Shown here in pieces: positions 35,110 through 45,935 of a stretch of 64,000 nt of DNA; position 1 is the stretch's first letter, and the number at the start of each line of letters is the position of its first letter. The notes beneath the pieces were generated by a model. It was not told where the DNA came from. It saw only the letters and a list, made by a program, of their open reading frames with translations, and made no database searches. Source of the DNA: Pocillopora damicornis (lineage: Eukaryota); contig NW_020843837.1 of the NCBI RefSeq assembly GCF_003704095.1, forward strand, positions 434,001-498,000. Direction: 5' to 3'. The translations under genes and the position numbers were made by a program.

Positions 35110-37630
35110 TCAAGAAGCCAGCAGCTCATCATCCTCATCATGGGGTTCTGACATTTCTGCATCATCATCTTCATTGGAGGATAGATCTGATGTATTACTA
35201 GCACAAGCAACTTGTTTTGTGTCTTCTCTGTCTCCTTCTTCATTATGTCTGAAGTAAGTCCCTGGAAGAAATAGTTTATAATTTTATTTTCTGAAGAAAG
35301 TCCCCGGAAGAAATAGTTTATAATTTTACTCAAAGTTAATTTAAGAGATACTCGCAAATAGTTGTTGGTAAAAAAATACTGGGTGAAGACTTTTAATTGG
35401 CATACAAATCATACATATGGAACAAAATCACAAAAAAAAATTGAATTTAATAATAAACTGAGATAACTTAAAACAGTAGCTCATACAGATAATACTTACT
35501 GATATTATAATTTCAAAAGAACTTGCTTTGCTATTTAATAAATAAAGAATTAAATGAAGTACAAAATATAACAAAATAAAGAGAAATGAATCAGATCTTG
35601 TGTAGACTTTTCTTTATGTGTCAATAAATGGTAAAAATAATCAACATTGATGACCTACTTCTTTGTCTTTCTGTCATAGATTTTATTTCTTGTTGTAACA
35701 TACTGTCCTTTGAGGCTCTTTCTGCTGGTGTTGGTTCAGACCTTAAGCAAAATTAATAATTTATTTTGTGTGATAAAGTGATTAAAGCTGAACAATTGAT
35801 ACATAACCCTGGTCTGACCCAGTCCTTTCACCCTGACCCTAAGAATGGCCATCATCTTATTTCCCTCTGCTGAATCATTTATTAAGATCACAAGAATAAA
35901 GTAAAGGATTGCAAATCTACATGGAAGACGCTTTGATTGTTAAACAAATTCTCCTTGTTTGTACTACAGGAAATGTTTAAAGAATGTATGGAGAATATAT
36001 ATATTGATGTTGTGGTGTATGGGGTTAACCCTTTAACTCCCAGATCAAATTTGTAATTCTTGTTACTGTCAAGCATACAGTTCTTATAATGTTTGTTCAG
36101 ATAATTTAGTATTGGATCAACTAATTACCACAAATTTATATTTTTCTTTATTCTCATCATTTATCTGGTTGATGTTTTATTGATATTGCAAGGAGAAATT
36201 CTGTCTTGGTCACTCATGGGAGTTAAAGGGTTAATGGATCCAGACAGCTAATGATCCAAGGTTTATTTATAAAAACCTATGGGCATACTCTCTCAGTCCA
36301 GTGATAAGCGTCACTTTAGATGTGACTGACACTTACTTTGCTGCTATTTCTCGCACCTCCCCACACTTCTCACACACCCCTGTTTGTTGTGCACATTTAG
36401 AACAAACTGTGTGATAAGCATGTTTTATTGTCTTCAGCTCACACCTCACACTGAAAGTAAACATATAAATTTATATATAAAAACTGTTTTAGTTGCACAC
36501 AGTAATTACTAGGATTCTCAATCCACTAGACTGATCCTATGATAATGTAAGCATCTATTTCTTATTAATTAAAGGGGGTATGTTTCTAAAGAAACTGTGG
36601 TGCTGTGTCAGTGGGAGAGTATAACAGGGTAATTTAGTATTATCAAATGAGTTTATAACATGAATTGGCCACCATAAAGAGTTTCAAAGCTGGCATTTTG
36701 AGCGTTAGCCCTTTGTCAGCCCGGCTAAACTTCAGAATACCTGGCCACTTGGTCCGCCTCACTTACATGTGTCAGGAGGCTTTGAAGATTGAGGCATAAC
36801 ACAATAGACGCTATTCTTATTCAATGATATGTAAATGAGTGGCTGAGTATTCTGAAGTTGCTCCATCAGCCCTTCATCATTTTGCTCTGACAAAGGGTTA
36901 ATTCTCTAAACATCAGCTTTGAAACTCTTTACAGTGGGCAATTTACATTATCAACTCAGTTGATAATTTACTAAATTACCCTATTTCCCATTACAGTTAC
37001 ACAACAGCAATTGAAAAGGTACAAATTACTGTCAGCAAATACAAGAGGAAATACAATACCACGAATGGCTCTTGTTCACTGAGGGATTCATGTTATAAGC
37101 TACATGGGTATCGGTAGCACCATTACTTTTGCCCAAAAATTCACTGTGAGAACGTTTTGCACACCCCACGAAACCGGGGACTAAAATCGCAAACAAAACA
37201 TTCAACAAATATTTCTCTTGAGGCAAGCATTTCAATTAGCTTTATTTGAGCAGTTTAAGGCTCTTCTCCTGATCTGCTAACGAAAGGAAATTTGGTTCAG
37301 GTCTAATTTCAAGGGAGATTAGACCCATGCACCACTAACATGATAAAGAAAAGTAAGCTATAAAAGCTTAAAAACAGAACGAAAATCATTCCTCTGAAAG
37401 AAATTGTACATAAAAAGCACTTACCATTTCTTTGGCGCTGTAAGAGGCTTGTATTTTTTGTATTTCTTTCTCCACTCAATGATCTCACGACATCTTACGC
37501 AAACTCCACCAACTTTCAAACTATTGATTTGCTTTGTCTTTTTGCTTGTATCATGAAGATTGTTCTTGAAAGCTTTCGTGTTTTGATGTCTCTGGCCCTT
37601 TTTCGTGTTATTTCCCTTTTTGGTGCTCAT
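35110..37630 (-). CDS. C9orf85: C9orf85 / DUF2039 homolog
   Basis: Exons 37630-37425, 36450-36337, 35741-35659, 35261-35110 in phase: HQNTKAFKN, GVCVRCREIIEWRKKYKKYKPL, CVRC...AYHTVCSKCA...CEKC, TERQRRTYFR, acidic tail. Confidence 0.9.
35248..35328 (-). repeat. 42-bp-period tandem duplication spanning the last C9orf85 splice acceptor
   Basis: TCTGAAG(T/A)AAGTCCC(T/C)GGAAGAAATAGTTTATAATTTTA twice. Confidence 0.9.
35824..36230. mobile_element. Two adjacent TTAA-type MITEs sharing one TTAA (36025-36028)
   Basis: First ends GGGG at 36024, then TTAA, second runs CCCTTTAACTCCC...GGGAGTTAAAGGG|TTAA (36029-36234). Confidence 0.75.
36582..36981. mobile_element. Penelope-like terminal-repeat remnants in inverted arrangement
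   Basis: Arms 36626-36719 and 36887-36981 are reverse complements (AGCTTTGAAACTCTTTA..GTGG.CAATT.AC.TTAT.AACTCA); related fragments at 31118-31352. Confidence 0.6.
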
Positions 37631-37773
37631 TTCCTGTGATCAATTCACAGAAGTTTATTCCTTATTCCACTTCACAACATTCACGTGTGTTAGATTATCA
37701 GCGGTGTTTCTGACAAAGACAACCATCTTACGCATATACGTAGCTTTGAAACAGCTGACCAGTTAAACTCAAC
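37631..37773. promoter_or_regulatory. Probable bidirectional promoter for C9orf85 and SHLD2
   Basis: Only 143 bp between divergent ATGs; CACGTG E-box at 37682-37687. Confidence 0.6.
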
Positions 37774-40637
37774 ATGGCGGACGAAATTCATGAGACCACC
37801 TCCAAACTTCTTATTTTCACTGCCCCAAATTTATGCTTTGATTGCCTTCAGAAAACGTCAATAGAGGAACAGAAAGGTAGGTTTTTCTATTTCTACCTTT
37901 GGCCTAGTGCTAACTTAAAATTCCTCTTCCATTCCTCTTTTCGGCTGATTATTTTCTGTGCTTATTTTTGGCCTATTTTTCAATGGAGCTACGCAATTAT
38001 TTGATGGAGTTTTTGTTACTGTTGTTGATATTGAAGGTGACATTTGTATCCCTTTGCGCCTCATAGAGGTTCGAGTAAATTCTAGCAATTGCTGGAAGCA
38101 GACAACCTTTAGTTTCAACGAAAACTCAAACGTGGTCTGCGATCGCAAGGTCCACAACAATGGTAACGATGTCGAACTCACTGACGAGAGTGACGTTACG
38201 ATCGAGTATGACCCACTGGCGATACAGGAATCGGTTTGTTTCTACCTTGAGAGTGAATTTAAGAATGTTGAAAACATTAGCTCCTCATCGTCCTCTCAGC
38301 CGTTTGGATCTGACGCGGAATTTCACATACCTGACGACGAACATGCCTCTTCACACAGCGATGCTCTTCAGAAAGAATTCGAAGATATACGATCTGCTAG
38401 TCAAAAGCTTCTTGTCGATGACAGAGCTGAACGTTTCAGCAGTTCAAGGGGAGATATTGATCATGATAGCAGAGGGCTGAAGAGGAAGGCTGAGGAATAT
38501 CAGAATCTTGATCACATTGATACACATCAACTGACAATGGAAGATATTTATACTCAGGACAAGTACCTTTCTTCAAGTGATAGCTGCAGCCCAGCTAAAA
38601 GAGAAGCCAGAATGCGAAGTCCCATATCAATCAGCTGTCGAGGGAGTTTAAATGTTTCATTTCAAAATGACATTAACTCTCACGAGCAGGGCTCTTCTCC
38701 TTGTGTACTGATGGTACCCAGAGTCAGTGGGAACCTCACTCTGCTGAGAGACTGTACTGAGGAGAATTCTATCGTAAACATGTTCTTTATTGTTACCCAA
38801 GTGAATGACATTCGTGATGTTCAAGTCAAATCAGGTGTGAGTGCTGGCAACTTTGTCGCTCTGTCTTCACTGGTTATTGCTGATGATTCCAAATCTTGTT
38901 TTAAGCTTACGTTATGGAGAGAGGCGTCCAGATGGACTGAGAAAATAAATCCAGGTGATTTTGCTGTGGCAACTGCTATCAAGATTGGGAAATGGCGCGA
39001 TGAATATGTTGGAAAAACAACTTTCAATTCGGGATTTTACAACCTTCATCAGCCCAGAGCAACCCTCTCAAAAGGTTGTTTAAACTTGGTTTCACAAGTA
39101 CGGCTTAATTCCCTTGTGACGTGGGTTAGATCAGAGCATTCATACCTTCTCACTGGGGGCCATTTAAAGAAAAATGTTGAATTTACAGAAATTACTCATC
39201 TTCACAATAATACTTTGGTCCACTTTAGAGGCAAACTGATCAGTGTCCACAGGGCTTCGTCGTCATCAAACACCTATCATTTTGGTGTGCAACAGCTGAC
39301 CAAGATATCGACAGGTAAGCAGTGGTAGTCTGCAAGATATTTATGTCAATAAGGACTACTGTTAGTAAAAGGTACATCTTGCCAACGGGTCTTTTTGTTT
39401 TTTGTTTTGTTTTGTTTTGTTTTGTTTTGTAGCGTTGTTAATAGAGCGTCTGACTGTGGGTGAGAGAAGTAAGTGTTTTGTGCCTACCCTCAAAAAATTG
39501 TTTCTTTGCAAGCACCGGCTAGCGAGTTGCGAGCAGAATTTTATTAGTGCGCGGACATAACCCCTTTTTTGTCGAACGAGCGCGGGCCTGTGTTGAACGA
39601 AATTCGTGTTTGTGTGTGTGTTATTTTCTTGTTTGTGTATTTGCTGTATTGTTGTTGTTGTTGTTTGTTTGTTTGTTTACTTCCTTATAAATTTCTTTGT
39701 AGCTTCAAAACCTTAATAACCAATGTTTTTTAGCATAACCAAACTACCATGTACGAATGTTAATCATTAAGTCATATATATTTTATACTTTTTTCGTCTG
39801 TTTTGTTTCCCAGTTCTATCTGACCGCCCAAGCGAGGAAGTAGAGCTGTTTTTGTGGGGAAGACAGGCTGCGTGGGAAAACCAACTGCGAGAAGGATTTG
39901 GGCAAATCTGGGAATTCCAGTTCATTACCGCTAAGTTCAACAGTGACAGTGGCCGCATGACGCTACACTCAACGTCCCGGTCAACAATGTACAAATTGAA
40001 TCCGCAAGACAAAAATGCCCAATGTATCATGTCACGATTTAACGGAGGCGTCACGGAAATAACTAAATTCGCAAACATACGAGATCTGCTTGAGTCAAAA
40101 TACACTGGCCTTGCTGAATTTGAAGCTAAGATTTCATCTGTTCGTTTTAAAAGTGCAAATGAGGTCATCGTTGTGGACAAAACCGAATCCGCAAGCACTA
40201 AACTGCGCAATAAGCTCGACAAAATAGTGTATATTGGCTGTGGGTCTTGCTCGCGTGTTCTTCCGCAAGATCAGAACAGCGTTTACGGTCAGTGTTCGCA
40301 TTGCGTTGTCACTGATCCTAACTATAAATACACGGTAGGCCATTATTACAAACCGTTGACCTTTTGCTTAAGTGACGGTCATATGTCTGTCGAAGTAGAC
40401 GCGTTTAACAGCGTCACAACCGGTCTCTTTGGAGATTTTCCTGCCAAGACCTTGTGGCAAAGAACAGTGAATGCATCGTTATGTGATAACAGTTATTTAG
40501 ATGGTTTCCTTGAGTGTGTTGGTGCCTTGCTCAAGGGGAATATTTACAAATCGATTGTGGCGTGCCGTATAGAGCTTGACGAAAACAGCTTTGTCGAAAA
40601 CAGATATTTCACTCTTCGGGAAATCCATTCCTTGTGA
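37774..40637 (+). CDS. SHLD2: Shieldin complex subunit 2 (FAM35A)-like OB-fold ssDNA-binding protein
   Basis: Exons 37774-37876, 38067-39314, 39814-40637 in phase. N-terminal KLLIFTAP; OB1 VQVKSGVSAGNFVALSSLVIADDS...LTLWR...W...PGD; C-terminal VYIGCGSC...DQNSVYGQCSHC...YYKP...DG and LDENSF match SHLD2 motifs. Confidence 0.85.
39398..39430 (+). repeat. (GTTTT)n microsatellite
   Basis: Pentanucleotide repeat in SHLD2 intron 2. Confidence 0.85.
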
Positions 40638-41218
40638 GTATTTTCACGAAATTATTGAAATTCGTGATGTACTTGGGAATTCTTCGGCAACTTACCTGAC
40701 TTTTTTTTTCACGCTTATGCTGCACAAAAAAGGCCTGTGTGAACGAATGAAACTTCTGTTTTCGACAAATCTGTTTTGGAGATCTCGCTATGACTTTGTA
40801 GGAAAGAACAGAAAATGCGTCGTAATATGTATGTAGATAATTTCCTTGAGCGTTGGTGTTAATGCCAAGGGGAATTTTGTCAAAGTCTCGATTATTTCGC
40901 GGCTCAGAATAGAGAGTCTTTTATTTCTCATTCTTGTCGTAACCTACATTATGCTTCACCTTTCGCAGTTCACGTATCTCATAACGCAATTTTTTTGTTT
41001 ACAGAAACAGTTTCAATAAATCCCTGATATCATGATTTTACCTTTAAATTATTGTTCAGTCATTTGGAAGACAAAAAAATGCGGGGAAAAAAACAGTGAC
41101 TCAGTGGCTTTGGAAAGTTATCGAACTTTTATTCTTAAAATTGTGTTAATTTGAATACGCTTTTCATAAATATTTATTAAATTACTTACTTATTTGCTTT
41201 TGTCTTGGTTCTAAGTAA

Positions 41219-43426
41219 TTATTGATTCATGACGTTTATCACCTCTTGGTCAACATTCAAACTTAGATACGACGGGTCTGAGGAATTCATCCCTGTCTCG
41301 AAAAAATAACTTCCATAAACTCTAAGTTCCCGAGCGATTGATAAACAACGCAGTAGATCTTCGCTGACATCAAATGGTATCTTCTGAACAAACAACATGT
41401 TGCGCTTGTTCCAGCCTAGAACCCAACGTAAATCGCGAACACTTAACCAACATATTTGCCGCACCCATTTTCCATGGCATTTATAGTTCGCCTCATTTTT
41501 GTCTTTGTCAAACCAATCAATAGCACGCATAACAAACGCGGGCTGCAAGCCAATGACACCCCCTGGAACTCCGGGGTGTTGTTGTAAAGAAGAGTAGAAA
41601 GTTTCCGGTGGACTCCTTGTATCTGAAAGCCACTCAATAAAATCGCGAGCAGTCTGGTTAAATACGATATACTCCACAAATCCTTTTGTAAGCCCGACGT
41701 GGTTTGCACCCTTAAAAAGAGTGATGTTGTAGGGTGGTGGTTTTTTCTTTCGAGATGTCTTGACAGGTTTGTATGCTTTGTGGTCTGAACCTTGCATTTG
41801 TCTTTTGAACTCGTATACATACTGCGTGCGACGTTTTAAGTCAGGATGGTGAAAGCTTTGAATATTGTTTTTACCGTTTAGCGCGCGTAAGGCGCGCACT
41901 AGTTCTCGATTGTTATAAAGAGGGAAATCCTGGCCAACGAGGTTAATCAGATACTTCCAGTCTTTGCCAGTGTTGAGCAAGTCCTCCATACAATTGAACT
42001 GCGCGTATAAGATACTGATATGCGGATAAATGACATCGACGCTTTTCTTCGCCAATAGCACATTCGGTAAGCATCGAATCAACTCCGTTGCCGCTGCACA
42101 GAAAGTTGGTGAAGACTTCAAGTCAATGTGAATGCAGTATAGGTTTTGAGGCATGTAAATGGCTTGAAGGAGTTTCTCTAAGAGCGAGGCTGATTTGTAC
42201 ACGGAGATCGTGAAAGCTATTGGAAATTCAAGTTCTGACTGAGTAGGTGCAGGGCGGCTAAATTGTTGGTGGACTATGGAGGTACACTCTTTAGTCCTGT
42301 ATGTTTGGTAAATGATGTCATCATCACTAATCAAAGTTGTATTGCCAAGCTCGATTGAAGGATCACTTTGGATCTTCGCTACACATTTATTCCAGTCTTT
42401 TTTCTAAAATCGTGATGAAAAAAACAACAAAAACAAAACAAAACTAGATGTTAGTCATAGTTTTGAAGTGTCTATATACTCTCATGACGTACACATTAAA
42501 CTTAGTTAAATCTTTTGCCGCCTTATCATATGTTTTTCCATATTAGTGTGTAGAAGTAAACTCTTTCGCTGTCTGTACTCGAGCGTAGTAATCCATTCAA
42601 CGGGAGCTCATCCCGGTTTCCAAAGCATGAAGTGACCAGGAGAATGACTTCGCGCCCCGGATGGGATGCCTGTTAATTGCAAGTTTACTCCNNNNNNNNN
42701 NNNNNNNNNNNNNNNNNNNNCCAACTAGTCTCCAACTCGAGCCCAGACATTTCCCAGCCAAGCGCTTAGTTGTATTTACACGGTATGATTTGGGTAAGAG
42801 ATTAGTACCCAACTCATGGTTGACGGGTATTACTTAACTCGACAAGGAAAGGGATAACAGCCGATCGATGTCTACGTTGAATGCTATTGGCTCTGAGAAC
42901 TGTGGTGTCGTAGTCAGGGGATGTGGCAACCGATTTGATTCCTGCTTCTTCCGTGCAAGTAAATCTATTATTTGTGAGGTGAGGGGCGATTGGAAGAGAA
43001 TTTCCTATCATAGATTTTTTTTTAAAAAACTAAATAGTCAGGGGGCTGGCAGTTTTTATGCTGTTTTGGTCTCTTAGTATCCATTATAGGAGAAAAGGGT
43101 AGGTACTGACAGTTGTATGTACATGCTTTTTGAACCTAAATGCAAAAAACACAATTTTTTTTTAAACTCGAAGGTAGCTATGATTTTTAACTTGCATCTA
43201 AAAGTGAAATTGACTCGATTGGATTGTAAGCTTTTGTCTTTCTTGTTAAGAGAAACCAAGGAAATATTGGAGTTGAAGAGTTATACTGACTTACCAATTG
43301 ATTTTTCTCATGTGAGTTTTTTACTTCTTGTCGAGCAATCCAGAAGGTTAGGACCGTGGATAGGACCAGAAAACAAGAAAGCATTCGAGTCTTAAATTTG
43401 CGCCGTCTGATACGAAATGGAAACAT
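41219..43426 (-). CDS. Core-2/I-branching beta-1,6-N-acetylglucosaminyltransferase (GT14, GCNT-like)
   Basis: Exon 43426-43295 (basic residues plus type II signal anchor, TTG|GTAAGT) spliced in phase 0 to 42403-41219: EFPIAFTISVYK, IYMPQNLYCIHID, CMEDLL, WKYLINLVGQDFP, SPPETFY, CHGKWVRQIC. Confidence 0.9.
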
Positions 43427-45935
43427 TGCCCTTTTCAGGTGAGAATCTGCAGGAAACAAAATGGTTTAAAATAAAACACCAGTCACATTCTGTTTTACTA
43501 CACATATAAGCATATATAGATGAATATGTGCGCGTTAAAAGTATTAAATTTATTATTATTACGACTGTTATTATTCAGCAGTGGTGAAAATAAGGCCTGT
43601 ACGTGATTTGAACCCACGACCTTCGTGATATTAGCGTTAACTTGATTAAATGCAAAGATTGTAATTTGGCGAAACAAAGAGAATCTACGTATGAGTGATT
43701 TAATGACGAAATTTTAATTGATTGAAAATATCTCTGTACTTTGCGATAACTTTCCCGATAACTTCTTAATTTTGTTCGTTATAAATATCAAATTTATTAT
43801 TATCAGTATCACTACCTTGATTAAATGCAAAGATTTACAAATGCAATACATCAACTGGAAACCGTGATTGCATGAGTGAATCCGGTTGCGATATATTTTT
43901 CTCAGCTCGCATCAACTAAGTTAACCGAAGTGGAGCGCGCACATGATGCAGCCTAGCCTGGAATAACCGAAAAATAAAAGCTTTGCTACGCTGTTGAAAT
44001 AACAAATGCAATCCTTACTTGAAAAATGTTTCAGACAATACTATCGGTAACCAATAAAATCCCTCTATATTGTACTTTACATCCAGCCGTATACCTTACA
44101 ATATTTACATGCATCTGTTCAGAAGAATTACAAGCAGGTTGCTATGCTTGTTTTCCATTTGTTGTTCGTTTGTTTTATTTCGTTCGCTCTGTAGTTGTTT
44201 TGGTATCGATCGTGTAGCGAGATGTTCGAACCTCCTCTGGGGAAATCGAGACTTATGAAAAAATTAACAAGAGCAACTGCTTCTCTCAGGACCAGGCATG
44301 AAGAGATTCTTGAATCGTATATTGTTCAATACAAATAAGTTATCACGTACCGTTTTCCACCATTATCCAAGCTTTCTAACACCTACTCACGCACAAAGAA
44401 TCTTCGGCTGATTCTGCGAATATTTACTTTGAAGTCCTCGGTCATTTCCTTGAAATTTGATTAACCAATAACTGAACAAGTGCTATAATGGTTTTCTTAC
44501 CAAAAGACTCAACGTCGGAGATCAGAGCAAATCAAAAATCTTGATTTTAAAACGACCATGGCTTTCAGTTTCGTCTCGGAATTCATTTATTCATTTCTCA
44601 TTATCAATCTGGCATAGCGATGCAATTGAGCCGTCAAGAAGGTCGTGTTGAAATTTTGAAAACCAAAGGGCGAAGGAACTTCAGTCAGTTGTATGACCTG
44701 TGCGTCTCGCTTCGTTTGAAGTGTTCTTTTATGCAAATGTTTAAAAACCATAAGGTCACGAAACAGTTTCATTTACTCACCCCACAAAGCAAGATGCAGT
44801 CAGCAGCACTAAACTACTTTCTCACATGTTAAGCAAATCAGACGAAACTTCGACGACTGAATTTCATCATTATTTGAACTCTCATCTGCGAGTGTCATAC
44901 GCATCAAAAGAGGCTTATTATTCAACTAGCAGCAGTAGTATTTGGATGTTCCGCATAACTAAGTCTATATCCTAAAAAAAAATAGCTGCTATATCGGTGG
45001 TTAGACTGTGTTAGTGTTATGCAAATTTGACATTGCCTTTCTCGAAAAGGGTACGTTACTGAAGTAAGCCTGATTGCAAACGCCCATGCCTAGTATCGAA
45101 ATAGAAATTTACGCATAATTTAGAATTAAAAGGTCGAAAACGATAGAGAAATTTAACAGAATCTGCCCCAACATGCATCGAGCCACTTTGAGATGATTGC
45201 TTTCAGAGTTTTATGAAGAAAGGATGTTGAGAAATCTTGCTGCACCAACCTTCAAATTTCCCGCGTTTAATTTATTCGAACAACATTATATATGCTGTGG
45301 CAATTTACTTTTTTCGCTTTTAATTTTCGGAGGGGTTTGCTTTTTTTCGGTTTTGCCCTCTTTCTGGTTTTGTTCAACCAGAAAAGGGCAACGTAAATGA
45401 TTGCTGACATTTGGTCAGTTTAAAAAATAGTGTCGCATGGACCGTATTTGAAAAATTTGCTTCTCCACTTACCAAAATCTAACATCGCTAACGCCCTCGA
45501 CTGTTATCGATGAATTATACAGGAAGAATTTGCTTCAAATTGGAAAACATATTCTTCTTGATTCATTGGGTCCAGTACAAAAATATTATATTTGAAAAAT
45601 TCCGACCGGCTCGTGGACACAGCTGTAAAACAGATCATATCCATGAATGGTAAGTTTTGTGTCATTATGACATACATTCCTGGCATACATACATATTTAT
45701 CATACATACACACATATTTATTCAAACTCATTTACACAAATGACATACATAAATTCGAAAAGGGAATTTTGAGGTTAACCCTTTCACAAAAAGGGCAAAT
45801 TTTTAAATTATTTTTTTAATTTAGTCGGCCCCATACGATTACATAACCCTATTCGAACCTGTTCAAATTTTAAAATTGATTCGTCTCCAATCTTAAGTAA
45901 ATGACTGTTATTTGATCTCTAGGCTGTTTTTTTAA

